A stretch of DNA of 63,172 bases, filler included, from Olpidium bornovanus S191 (Eukaryota; Fungi; Olpidiomycota), in NCBI GenBank assembly GCA_017911155.1. It is 27 parts of 27 records of this genome, joined end to end, with 100 filler letters (N's around TTAATTAATTAA, not from the genome) between each part and the next. Parts side by side here need not be neighbours in the genome. Positions count along the whole stretch, not along the records: positions 47,252 to 49,694 come from JAEFCI010012212.1; positions 49,795 to 51,419 come from JAEFCI010005799.1; positions 51,520 to 55,017 come from JAEFCI010009377.1; positions 55,118 to 56,762 come from JAEFCI010003189.1; positions 56,863 to 60,789 come from JAEFCI010010887.1; 22 more parts are not named here. The stretch is one strand, 5' to 3'. Both the position numbers and the translations under genes were made by a program. Under the pieces are notes generated by a model. It was not told the origin of the DNA and did not search any database. It saw only the letters and a program-made list of their open reading frames with translations. Positions 47,415 to 59,214 of this stretch are shown here, piece by piece; position 1 is the first letter of the stretch, and every line of letters starts with the position of its first letter.

Positions 47415-49694
47415 ATGGCCCTTCCCCACAGCGACCGCTGCTGCCTCCTCCTGCCGCTGCCACAGAGCTCTGCCGCCGGAGCTACGCAGCACCAGGACCC
47501 GCTGCTGCCGCCGCCGCCGCCGACGCCGTCCCCTCCAGTGCGGCGATCTAAACCCTGCGCCGGCGCACCCGCCTCGGATCAGCGCGCGCGTGGCGACACC
47601 GGGCGGGAGGAGCTCCGGGCCGTCGGCGCGGAGATCGCCGCGCCGCGTCCGCTCCCTGGAACGGGCCTGGACGTGATGATCCCGGACGCGGATGCCCGCG
47701 CGGCCGCGGGCGGGAAGCGCCCGCCGGCTGCTGAGCCGTACCCGAAGGTTTTGGAGTTGCCGGCCCTGTCGACCGCGGATCGCGATCACAACATCAAGGT
47801 TAGTAGCCTTGGGAGTGGAGAGCGAGGATCCGATCTTCCCCCTCAAGACCCCTCTCGTTCATTCTGCTGTGGCGTCTCCCGTCGGGTTTTGTTTCTGCGC
47901 GTTTCCGTCGTCGCAAACCCTCCGTGTTCTGCCGCAAGGAGAGATGGCGCAGACCGCGCACTTCGCGTTCGTGCGCTGCGTGGAGAGACATAGGCGCGAC
48001 ACGGCGTTTCTCGCGCACCGCCCGCTTGTGTTGTGGTACTCTGTGCTCCCGCGCGCGTGCCGCCGGGTTTTCCTATCGCGGTTTTCGATCTGCGCGTCGC
48101 CTTTGAGTTTGACTCCTGATCAACTTTTCTGGAGACGACGTTACCCGGGTGCTGACGTAACGCCCCGCCCCTCTCCGCGCAGCCTCGGCAATCCCCGGAA
48201 GCGACCAAGGCCGGCAACGTGGCCGCGCCCGAAGTGACCTGGTGCGTTTTCCTCGTTCTTCGGTCGACAACTTTTCGGGCAACGCCCGTGTTATTCGCTA
48301 GGCGCTTCAGGGCGCCTTTTGCTGCGTGTTCTGCGTCGCTGTGCTCGATCGCTTAGCGTGCGTGTTTTGTTTTGTTTGCAGGAGCGAGATGGTGATGGCC
48401 GCCCTCGCCGACCTTTGCATGGAGTGTGAGGGAAAGAAGACAACGTTTACCGCAGACGAGATCAGCGACCGCATCAGGCGTTCCCACGCTGAATGTACGG
48501 GTGGCTATTCGTCTTGGATGCCCGTCGCGTTTGCCGCGTCCACGCTGACGGCTCGCGGTACAGGTCAACTGGCCTCCGACAAGGAAACCCTGCGCACGAT
48601 CGTTGTCCTCGTATTGAGCATGCAGAAGGCCATGTGGCGAAGCGGTAAAGCCGCTCGGTCGACTTTTCTCAAAAAGTCTAGTATATTTTTTTCTTCCGCT
48701 GTGCCCTACTAACTTGCGTTTCGCCCGTCCAGGTTTACCACGGTCTTCTCCGTTCCGACCCAGTTCGTCCCCCCGCCACGTGTCTCCCCATTTCCGCACG
48801 CCGTCCCCTGAACCGCTCGTTTCCGGAGCCGTTTTGCCTCAGGCGCCGTCATTGCCGCCGGCGCCACGGCCGAAGAGGACCGTGCCCGCGCCGCCTTCGC
48901 CGATCCCGGTGAAGCGTTTCGCCCCCGTTCTTCCTGTTTCGCCGGTGCCGCCCGCGGGAACGCTCTTGATTTCGGAAATGTCGTCACCTAGCAGCCCGTG
49001 CTCGCCCTTCACGGCCTCCTTTCCGGGCTACCGTCCTTTCAACCCACATCCCTTACCAGGATCGCGCGTCCGCCAAATTGGAACTCTTGCCGACGTCGTC
49101 GCAGCGGCCGCGTTCTTGGAGTCTCAGGACGCTCCCCTCTCAGCCGCCAAGAGAAAGCACTCCTCAAAGATCGAAATTGGACCTGAAGGCCCAAGAAAAG
49201 GAAGGCTTAAAAAGGCGAAGAGGTCCCCGCTTTCCGATACGAAATCCATCGTGACCGGTCTCGCGAACGTTCGAGCGTCCGAGCCCTCGGATGCGAAGGA
49301 CTTTGATTGGTGCGGCCGGAATGGGTTCAACATGCGGGAAGTGCTGATTTCGGCATTTAATTGTCATCTGACCTGCTTCGTTCTCTCCGCTCAGGCCCAA
49401 CCTCATCTACGTTACTCTGAAAGAATTGTATCAACGGCACGCTAACAGGCGGACGTTCTTTCTGGGAGAGATCGCCCACATGGCTGATGCGCTCTGGAAC
49501 CAGCTGATGCCAGACAGGTCGAAACCGGCTTATTTTCGTAACTCCGTGGCCGCAGTCCTTGCGGCACGGCCGGACATGTTCACGGCCGACGTGGGGGCGG
49601 GGAAGCAAGGGTGGTGGTCACTAACAAATGCTGAGGAAAGCTCGGCCGGGACAACATCGTCGCCTCCATTTCGCGTGCCGATGATTCCGTGCCC
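47415..49694 (+). CDS. Multi-exon nuclear protein with one or two winged-helix-like domains (HARE-HTH-like and Ash2/PCL-EH-like), 3' truncated
   Basis: EMVMAALADL...FTADEISDRIRR; later FFLGEIAHMADALWNQL...FRNSVAAVLAARPDMF...GWWSL; a Pro/Ser-rich linker and KRKH/KKAKR NLS-like motifs lie between. Confidence 0.45.
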
Positions 49695-50033
49695 NNNNNN
49701 NNNNNNNNNNNNNNNNNNNNNNNNNNNNNNNNNNNNNNTTAATTAATTAANNNNNNNNNNNNNNNNNNNNNNNNNNNNNNNNNNNNNNNNNNNNACTGAA
49801 ATGGTGGAATTTTTTTTTTTTTGTTTTTTTTTTTTTTTACCCCCGCCGCCAACTTTCCCGCCTCCGAGAACTTTCCGCCTCTTCCTCTCGCTGCTCTCGC
49901 TCTCGCTCTCCGCCCCGGCAGAAGCCGCCGCACGACGTCTCCGGAGAAAGAAGAAGCCCGCCCGCGCCACGACGAACGACGACGAACGACGAACGACGAA
50001 CGACGAACGACGAACGACGAAAGAGGCAGCGGC

Positions 50034-50034
<1 letters not shown>

Positions 50035-50098
<64 letters not shown>
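50035..50098. repeat. (GA)n microsatellite preceded by ACGACGA repeats; other (GA/CT)n tracts at about 21508-21540 and 56622-56762
   Basis: Directly visible dinucleotide runs. Confidence 0.95.
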
Positions 50099-50327
50099 CC
50101 AACGCCACTGCGCTGCGCTTGGGACCCCTCCCTCTCCCCCCTCCCACCGCTGCAGAGCACACAAGAATCGAAAACCTTCGTCTGTTGCGCTGCCGCACGC
50201 CTCCTCCCGCCCCCCGCTCCCGTGACGTCCGTCGCCGTCAAACGGCCGGTGGCGCCTACCGTGTTCCTTCCCCCCCCCCCCCCCTCTCGTTTAACCTGGT
50301 GACCGCGGAAAACGCCCCGAGCACACC

Positions 50328-51311
50328 ATGTGGCTTTCAGACCTGCAGAGTGCGTGCGCGCCCAGCTCCATCCTTTTCCCCGCAACCGGTCTGCCACCCC
50401 GAGTTTTGGTGCGCCTTGGGGAAGGGGGGGGGGGGGCGCCGACGGATCCCCCCTTTTTCTCCGGCGGCCCTTGCCGGTTTTTTTTTTGGCCCGATCTGAC
50501 GTTGTCCCGGCTCCCCCCCCCGCCTTACGCCCGCCGCGTCTGGCCCGATCCGCGTTTTCGCAGAAATCGGCGTGGCCTTGACGGCGTTCGGCATTTTTTT
50601 CATGTTCCTGGGGGTGCTCCTGCTTTTCGACGGGGGCCTGCTGGCGATTGGGAACGTCCTGTTCCTGGCCGGCCTGACGCTGGTGATCGGCGCGTCGAAG
50701 ACGGCGGCTTTTTTCGCGCGGAGAACGAAGATCCGCGGGACGGTGTGCTTTTTCTTCGGCATCGCCCTCGTCTTCATGAAGCGGCCCGCGCTGGGCATGC
50801 TGCTCGAGTCGTTCGGGTTCGTCAACCTGTTCGGGTACGTGGTGGCGTTTTGCACGCCCGGCGGGGGGGGGTACGGGGCGCTTTTTTTTTTTGAATCCCG
50901 GGTTTTCTGGCTTCTTGGGTTGGTTTTCTTTTAAGATTTTTCGAATTTTCTTTGGTTTATATCTGTTATTATTTCTGTTTCTTTTTTGGTTTTTTTTTCG
51001 TTTTTTAATTTTTCTTTTGTTTTTTGGTTTTTCGTTTGTTTTTTGTGTTCATTTTTGGTTTCTCTTTGTTTTTTTATTTTTTTTAATTTCTCCTTGTTTT
51101 TTATTTGGTTTTTCTTTGTTTTTTGGTTTTTTTTTGGTTTTTTTTTGGTTCTTTTTGGCTTTTTTTTTGTTATTTTCACTATTGCGGAAAACGTTTATTC
51201 AGCGCTGACGTTTTGCCGTTGCGTACCCCGCGTTCTTTTCTATTTTTTTTTTTTTTTTTTTTTTTTTGCAGCGACTTTTTCCCGGTCGCAATATCATTCA
51301 TGTCCGCCTGA
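50328..51311 (+). CDS. GOT1: Golgi transport protein Got1/GOLT1 (exons 50328-50349, 50564-50834, 51272 onward; 3' end uncertain)
   Basis: MWLSDLQ|KIGVALTAFGIFFMFLGVLLLFDGGLLAIGNVLFLAGL...GTVCFFFGIALV...ESFGFVNLFG|DFFPV. Confidence 0.95.
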
Positions 51312-51519
51312 AAAACTATGACATCTATGGCTTTTTCCTTCGGCTCTGCTGCCCCTTGGCGGTTTCACGTTTGACTCCGCTCGCCCATAGTATTGGCAGA
51401 TCCTACTCCGATCATCCCTNNNNNNNNNNNNNNNNNNNNNNNNNNNNNNNNNNNNNNNNNNNNTTAATTAATTAANNNNNNNNNNNNNNNNNNNNNNNNN
51501 NNNNNNNNNNNNNNNNNNN

Positions 51520-52427
51520 CATGGCGGTACACATTCAGCAAGTCAACCAAGTCACTGCGGAACGAGTCCTCGCTGGAGAAACGAACTTCGAGGCCGGCCG
51601 CCTTGATGAAATTGATGACTTCGGTTGCCTGGCTGATGATATAGTCCATATCCTTTCCGTGGGAAAATTCGCGAAGGTATGAACTGGTGCCTATTACGAC
51701 GTCGATGCCGTCGACGCCTGCGATTCAAAATCAGGACAAGAAGCTTAACATGACGAAACGGCGGCGTAAGGCACGCCAAACGTTATCAAAACGTAATCAA
51801 AACGTAGCCTACCTGTCTCCACGGCGATTCTCGCATCGTCCATGTGACAGCGCGTATGGGTAAGTATCTTCGCCTTCAAACCGAGAGAAGCGATGGTCTT
51901 GCAATCCTGATAGGATTGCTCACTCGCGGCAGGCGAGGGAAGCTCGAGGTACTCGACACCAAGGTCGTCCAGCGCTCGCGCAATCTTGACTTTGGTGGCG
52001 GTGTCAAAGAACGCGTTGGCGAACTGTTCGCCCTCTGTCTTGCCGGAACAGAAAGCGCCAATTTCGCGCCGATTTCACGACAGGGCACGTTAAACCGCGT
52101 TTACAGGGATTATGGCGTTTGAGCATAGACTCTCAACGGACCTCTCAGCGTGGACTCGATAATGCTAAAATTGTCGACCCTGCTCAGCAACGTGGAGTAG
52201 TCGGCAGCGTACGGGTTTTCGCGGTTCCTAAACGAGTCTCTCGCGTTCGGCGCCTTCTTAGGGGAATCCGTGCACCGCTTGTTTGAGGGCTGCAGTGAAA
52301 CAGAGGTGGCCGGGCGTTCCTGGCCGCCAACGGTAACCTGAGAGGACGACGCCTCTTGCGCACTGCAACGGCATCCGCAACCATTTGTCTTGGCCGGCCC
52401 TGTACCCGTGTGCACGTCTTGCGGCAT
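51520..52427 (-). CDS. LYS21: Homocitrate synthase (alpha-aminoadipate lysine pathway), 3' truncated
   Basis: FSIIESTLR|[11 protein letters not shown]...[13 protein letters not shown]...[21 protein letters not shown]...[18 protein letters not shown]. Confidence 0.96.
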
Positions 52428-52629
52428 TGCAGGTCGAAAAGCTGCCAATTACCGTGGTTAGGCAAGTACCAAGAGTACCGCAAAAGCCACGCAGCCGAAT
52501 TTACGTCGACGGACCCCCCGACCCCAACCCCACCCCCAAAGCCGCGCGTAGCACGACCTACCAGACGAACGTCCGGGTGAGGAAAATGGAAGGTGGGGAC
52601 GGGGTTAGGGCCCTGAGGGGTGGGCGGCT

Positions 52630-52689
52630 GGCGTCGGTTGGCGTCGGTTGGCGTCGGTTGGCGTCGGTTGGCGTCGGTTGGCGTCGGTC
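52630..52689. repeat. 10-bp tandem repeat (GGCGTCGGTT) x6 upstream of homocitrate synthase
   Basis: Six consecutive units, the last with one mismatch. Confidence 0.95.
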
Positions 52690-55117
52690 GCCCGTCTGCT
52701 GTTTTGCCCTCTTCGCCGGTGGCTCTTGTTTAAAAGAAGGAAAGTTTTTCTTCCTGATATACCGTATCACACAAGCTCCCCCCTCGCAAGCCTGACAAAA
52801 GCTCCGCTTCACAAGACTGACAACCGCCGACTTAGCCCGCCAAGAATAATCGCGCCACCCGTCCGCTTTTTCGACGTCCACCGCTCGCCGCGTTCCCGGC
52901 CGGTCGCCGCCGTTGCCGTCAGCTGCATTGCATTGCCGCCCTTTCACGACGTTTTCCAGGAAAGCGCCGCCCCCATCGCGCTTTCTCGTCATTTTTTTTT
53001 TCACCTCGCGGCACAGTCGTCGACCGGAGAGGCTTTGCAGCGACTTTCACGTGTGCGCACGATAGGCCACCGTCGCCAACTTGACCCTGTACCGGCTGGC
53101 AACTCCCCCCGATTTAGGCTAGATAATCTGTTCCCGTCGCCGCGGAGATGGACACGATTATCGTTCAAAAACGCATGCAAAGAATAAATGGCGTAAACGA
53201 CCAGCCATGTTGACAATGCGGCCACTAACACAAACCGCAGCGTATTTTTTTTTGAAATCAGCACACATATACTATGTGAAAAAGGCTTATTCCAGCGGTG
53301 CTGTGGTCATTCCTGTACTTGGCCTGGGGCAAATAAGTTTTGTCATCCAGGGGGCAATGCAGAAAATCGCACTTGTGTAATCCAAAGATATTGTCATGGG
53401 CACTCTGGACTGCCATGTATTTCAATGTCATTTGCAACACATGGTACTATGTCACGGATGCCGAGCGCTTTCTGGACACGAGTGCTATCACGGCGCGGGC
53501 GATGTCACAGGCGCCGTCACGGCCGCTGCGACAGCCAGCAACGCGACCCGCCAAATGGCACAAACATGTGTGAGCGGCCTATTACGCCGCGTTGATCTCC
53601 GCCTGAGCGTTGCAGGGAGTTGCCCCGTTCTGGTGTGCCCCCGTTACCCTTCAAAAGGCGGTGTTCCGTTCCAGTGTGTGCCCTTTGCCCTTCGAAGGAA
53701 GTTTCGTTCTGGTGTGTCGATTCTGCAATTTGTCCCTGGCCCTTCGAAGGCGGGGTGTTTACCTCTGTCCACTCTCTGACAGCGGCCGGCCCACCTGAAG
53801 GAGACTGGAATGCATGTGTGCTGTCACGCAAACGCTTCAAGAAGTGCAGACAGAATGCACAGTATAATCTAGGCTGTGAGCAGTACAATTTTGTTGCGCA
53901 TTACGTAACTCCTGACATGGATGATATGGCGAGCCACGGCCAAAATGGCACCACCTTGGAAAGTATAGTGACCAAACAAAAACAAATTATTGCCCGTTTT
54001 ACGGATTGCACGTATCTCCGAAGTGTCAAAAATTAAAAAGAGGGAAGAAAAAAAGGTACGCCGGCAAATTCCGAAAAACAAAGGTACGCGGTGAGTTATC
54101 AAAAAAAGGCGTACGTCAAAAAATAAAGAAGAAGAAGGCCTGTGCCGGAACCCATCAAAATAAAGATACAGCCGTGGAGGCTATGCCATGGTTTTGGCAT
54201 CTCGTGCAATTCCCATACAAACAAGGCTTGGACCCTGACGTTCTCAAAACAGAAAGAATAGTGAGCAAACAACGAGTTTATTGTCCGTTTTGCAAATTGC
54301 GCTTGCTACGAAGCTTGCAGCGCCAAAAAAAGGTACGCCGGCAGATGTTTAAACCGGCGGACGTCAAAACAAGAATTTCCTTTTTGTTCCATTCTTCCCG
54401 CCAATCACGATGTCGATCACGATGCCAATCGCGATGCCACGATGCCGTTCTTCCTTAATTTTGTCCTTCCTTCCTTGCTGTTCCGCGGAGAGAATCCGCG
54501 ATCCCGGCAGAATCCGGCAGAAGCCGGTCAGCCTCCTCGATCGCGATGCCAATCGTGTGCCAGTTTTTGGGATCGCCATTGATGGAGACGCAAAGTCCTG
54601 GGTACGTTCAGGGAATTTGTATGTTGTGTTCCGCCACCCGCCGGGTAGCCATTTACCGACGGGCTGGCTTCCGTGCGAATTTAGTGAACAAAGATAAATA
54701 AAAAGTTGGCCTGAAGCGGCATGCCGACCACAAAACAAAAAAAAAAAAGAAAAAGACAAAGCAGCAGTGGCGCAATGGCACTTATGTGCCGTGGTTTGTG
54801 CATTGGCGCTTAACAGCACCATCACATTATTTGCTTTGTTTTCCTTTCGGTTCTCAGTCTGGTAACCCTGGCGAGCGCACCCCGAAACGGTGGGTTACAG
54901 GCCTCAGGGCGGAGTCCTCTTTCTTTTGATTACTTTCTTTTTGGTTATCTCTCGTCGTTTCCCTTTTTTTGTTTACCTATTTTTGTTTACACAGCCGTTG
55001 AAGTGGAAGCCCCCATGNNNNNNNNNNNNNNNNNNNNNNNNNNNNNNNNNNNNNNNNNNNNTTAATTAATTAANNNNNNNNNNNNNNNNNNNNNNNNNNN
55101 NNNNNNNNNNNNNNNNN

Positions 55118-55316
55118 CATGCACGTGTAGTTGATGAAAGACTTGGTCCAAGACTTTTCGTTCAGAACTTCGGAAGACGTCGGGATGAACACGAGCGCAA
55201 CGTGCGCCCTGCGGGTTAGGGTTAGGGTTTTCATTTTAGCCGCAGAAATGCCGGGGGCAACGGTGAGCGCTTCAAGAATTCCTCTTTGTTTTTTTTTTCC
55301 TTCTCCGTCCCCTTCC

Positions 55317-55376
<60 letters not shown>

Positions 55377-55378
55377 TT

Positions 55379-55410
<32 letters not shown>

Positions 55411-56446
55411 ACCCCCCTCCTCTCTCCCGTTCTTTTATCTTTTTTTTCCTTCTTTTTTGCAGCCGCCGGTGACCCGCAATCGGGAAAACGAACTTCGCGT
55501 ACAGGTAATGGTATCCGATCCCGCCCAGGAATTGCAGGGCCAGGCTGGCAGGGCTCCTGGGCTTTCTCTGCAGGCAGTCCGACGACCTGGAAAGCTTCAT
55601 CTGCGGAGCGGCCCCGCCCGCCTTCAGCAGCGCGTCGGCCGGCTTTTGCCTCCTTCGAGGTTCCGGAGTGGCCCCGCCCTCCTTCAGCAGCGCGTCGGTC
55701 GTCTTCTGCCTTTTTGGAGGCTCCGGAGTGGCCCCGCCCGCCTTCAGCAGCGCGTCGGTCGACCTCTGCCTGCTCATCGGAGGTTCCGACGCGCTTGCGG
55801 TCGGCCCGGTGAGGACCTTGGTCGGAAACGAGAACATCTCGACCAGGTACCTGCCGTACGGCACATCAGTCCACGCGGAACCTGGACGCGTGAAATAAAC
55901 GTCGCTTCGGAGCACACGACGGCGATCAGGCGGACAGCCCCCCCCCCCTTTCCTTCCCCCCTTCCCCCCCGCCGCCCCGCGCGTCCCGCCCCCGCAGATA
56001 CCGCGCAACGTACTAAACTCTTAGGGTGAGCATGAACGTGGCCTTGAGAGGGCAGGGGGGGGGCGATCGACAAGTCAGGAGGAGAAAAAGCGTTGCGAAA
56101 CACATCATATTGTTTTTTTTAAAAAAAAAAAAAAAAAAAAAAAGAAAAGAAAAAAAAGAAAAAAAAGAACAAAAAGAAAAGAAAAAGAGGGAGAACACGG
56201 GGGGAAAAAACTCACGGAGGCCGACACAAACATGGTGATCGGGCGCGTGGCGTCGAGGGTCGCCAGCGGGTGGCAGAAGAGGAAGACCAGGGTGGCGACC
56301 GCGGTCCACTTGCGCAGCGGGTCGGCCGGCCGCAGCCTCGTCAACGCGACGTAGTTCATGTGGGTGAGGAGGGCGTACGCGAGCGCGGCGGGCAGGCCGT
56401 TGCAGTTCGGGCAGGCCGCGGCCGCCTCGCCAGCGGGCGGAGCCAT
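55118..56446 (-). CDS. Membrane protein resembling wax-synthase/MBOAT_2 acyltransferases, 3' truncated
   Basis: Hydrophobic N-terminus spliced as ...TMFVSAS|ATFMLTLRV|YDVYFTRPGSAWTDVPYGRYLVEMFSFP. The catalytic MBOAT region is not present, so the family call is tentative. Confidence 0.45.
55604..55783 (-). repeat. Coding 60-bp tandem repeat x3 (20-aa unit DALLKAGGATPEPPKRQK)
   Basis: Units start at 55604, 55664 and 55724 on the + strand and are in frame in the minus-strand CDS. Confidence 0.95.
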
Positions 56447-56622
56447 GGGAGGGGAGTGTGGGGTCGGTGGGCGGGTTGTTGTTCCCGGGCCCGCCGGCCG
56501 TCTCGCCCTCCGTCCTTCACTAGCGGCGAGGGCTTGGCTGGGCGGGCCTAAACACGGCGGCCGCCAAGGCTTTTTTTTTTCCCCCGAGGAGGCGAGTCGG
56601 GGCGAGGCGAGGCGAGGCGAGC

Positions 56623-56684
<62 letters not shown>

Positions 56685-56692
56685 GAGAGAGA

Positions 56693-56762
<70 letters not shown>

Positions 56763-56862
56763 NNNNNNNNNNNNNNNNNNNNNNNNNNNNNNNNNNNNNN
56801 NNNNNNTTAATTAATTAANNNNNNNNNNNNNNNNNNNNNNNNNNNNNNNNNNNNNNNNNNNN

Positions 56863-57183
56863 GAAACCATGGTTGCTGCGGACGCGGTAAGTTCTCTTCT
56901 ATCTTCATGGTTCTACGGACAGGGAGGAGGTTACGGTTTGGGCTCATAACCTATTATAAAAGTAGAGCCGAGAGGGTATTCGGAAACCCGCAGGCGGAGG
57001 AGCGGTGAACCCGTAAGACCGGTAGAAGGAAGAAAGCTGTATATCTTTGTGGACTTTTTAGCTCGGCGAGGCCTACTTTATATGTCGGGGATCTGGCGAT
57101 TTTACAAGGGCGCACAGGGGCTGGTTTGCGTAGTGTGCCCGCTGCGCAGCGTCCCCCTTTATTTTTACCCCTTTATTCCAACA
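56863..57183 (-). mobile_element. Copia 5' LTR (56952-57183) + PBS GGTTATGAGCCC (56940-56951) + gag start
   Basis: Minus strand TGTTGGAATAAAGGGG...ATATAAAG...TTATAATA|GGTTATGAGCCC, then the open frame MSPNRNLLPVRRTMK to the contig edge. Its first ~90 nt resemble the LTR at 20672-20863. Confidence 0.75.
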
Positions 57184-57537
57184 CTCCCCCCCCCCTTCCC
57201 CCGCGGCCCCCCTTCTCGGCTGGGCGGGAGAGAACACGTCCTGACGTCGGCCGGGCACCCGGCCGGAAGAAGCTGCGCGGCTTCAAAGGGGGGTAAAGGG
57301 GGGGGGATCGGTTTTCCCGTCTCGTTTCGTTCCCCGCCCTGGTGGGCGCACATCCCGGTTTCCAGACGCTCGGCCCAGGCCGGCCGTTTCGGAATGGCAA
57401 CCGGGCAACCGGGTTAGGATTTCTGTTGCCACGGTAACCGCTCAGAGAATCCGAGGGGGGCGCGGGCGGGCGGGCGGGGCGCCTTCCGAAACACACCCCG
57501 GGGAGTGGACCTTTCCCCCAAAAGCCCGCGGAGCGTG

Positions 57538-58923
57538 ATGGAACAGCGGCGGGGGGCCCACCTTCCCGTTGGTTCTGTGTTCACCCCGGCACCGCACACC
57601 ACGCGCACGCGCGCACCACCAGTTATGGACGGCGCGGCGAGGCGGCCGAGCCTCGGCGAGAACGTTTTTTGCGCGCCGAGCCTCGCGACCGCCCCGCAGG
57701 AGGCGGGGACGACGCCCGCGCGGGGCTCGACGGCGGCGCAGCAGGGGATGCCTGCGCCGGCCGCCAAAGCGCCGGACCCCCGTCCGGGCCGAAACCCGTT
57801 CGACCTCGTCCCGGCCGAGATCGTCCAGATGATAATCGACGCCCTCCCGCTCCCCTCCGTCCTCGACCTGACGCACGTCTGCGGGAGGTTCCGCCGGGCG
57901 GCGGTGTCCGGGAGCCGGTTCAGGCACATCGCCGTCGCGGGCTGGAGGGAGCGGCTGGGAGGCGCGCGGGCGGCCGCGCTGTTCAACCACGCCGTCCCGT
58001 CCTGCGGGCGCGCCGTCCGGAGCGTCGACATGGCCTGCGTCGCCGGCGCGGCGGACGAGTGCGCCGCGAGCGTCGCCCGGTGGTGCCACAACCTCACGTC
58101 GCTCTCGGTGTCCTCCGCCCAGGCGGTCGGCGCCGCGGCGGTCGCGAAGATCCTGGAATCCAACCCGGGGCTGGCTCGCATCGAGGCGGCGGACTACGAC
58201 CACCTGGATGACGACCTCGTGTCCTTGATATCCCGGCGGTGCCCCCGGCTGCAATACCTCGACGTCTCCGTGTCGTGGACGACCTGCTCTTACAGCGGGG
58301 CATCTCTCGCCGGCCTCTTCGGCCGCTGCAAGTTCCTCAACGAGGTTCACCTTGTTCGGTGTCTGTGCCTGACCGATGATGTATTAATGGTGCTTGCTGA
58401 AAACTGTCGTAGGATGAAGGTCGTCAACATACAGGGTTGCACCAAGGTAATTTCCACCGTTCGGGCTACACATCTACTTGTCGCTTTTTTTTTGTTTTTT
58501 ACTCCATTTTCCTCTGCCGCGCTCCTCTTTTACGAACGCAAACAAATGTATGGCTTCCCACCGTTTGATCCTCCGCCGCGCGGTTGGCCGAAAACCAGCC
58601 TGACGAAATTGTTTCTCGCGCAACGGGGTTCCCAGGTAACTGATAGGGGTGTCCGCAGCCTTCTGGGCCTTCCGGGCTTGGAGGGATTGAACATCGGCTG
58701 CCTTTACCTTGTCACCGACCGCTGTTTTTGCTTCGCTGCCGCAGCGGAATACGAATCAATGCAATTGAGATGCTTACATGCGATGGTGCGTGGATTATAC
58801 GCCGGCGTGACCCGTCAGATCGTTTGAGCTATTCTCACTTTTTTTTTTTTCTTGTTGGTTCGTATATTACTTCAGTTTTGCCATCAGGTATGTCCAAGGG
58901 CTACCTCGGCAACCTTTTAATAC

Positions 58924-58965
<42 letters not shown>

Positions 58966-59214
58966 GCTCGTATTCACGACCGGTTCCACCTAGCTCACGG
59001 ATTCTTTCGTTGGCCACATCGCGCGATTTCCGAAAATGGAACTCCTCAGCGTACGCAGGACTCACTTCCGCGATTTGCCATTACCTTGTCGACCGCTGAC
59101 GCTCCGGTTCACAAATGTGCACGAAAGCAGGTCCCGGACTGCCACGGAATCAGCCTCGAGTCGATCGGGCGGTTGAAGGCGCAGCGCGCAGACGTCCGCG
59201 TCGTACACTGTTGA
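57538..59214 (+). CDS. F-box/LRR (FBXL-type) SCF substrate receptor
   Basis: F-box PFDLVPAEIVQMIIDALPLPSVLDLTHVCGRFR; cysteine-containing LRRs (RCPRLQYLDVS, LTDDVLMVLAENC, VTDRGV); last exon VPDCHGISLESIGRLKAQRADVRVVHC* ends at 59214. Confidence 0.88.
58925..58964. repeat. (TA)n microsatellite in an F-box gene intron
   Basis: About 20 TA units. Confidence 0.95.

Noticed and set aside
50890-51180. Phe-rich / Lys-rich ORFs suggesting membrane or basic proteins
   Set aside because: They fall in the T-rich second intron of GOT1.
53001-54036. Lower-GC region with a possible spliced + strand gene (glycosyltransferase-like?) and a minus ORF with a signal-anchor-like stretch
   Set aside because: A branch point and acceptor are visible (CTAAC...CAG at 53261), but no consistent exon chain or diagnostic motif was found.
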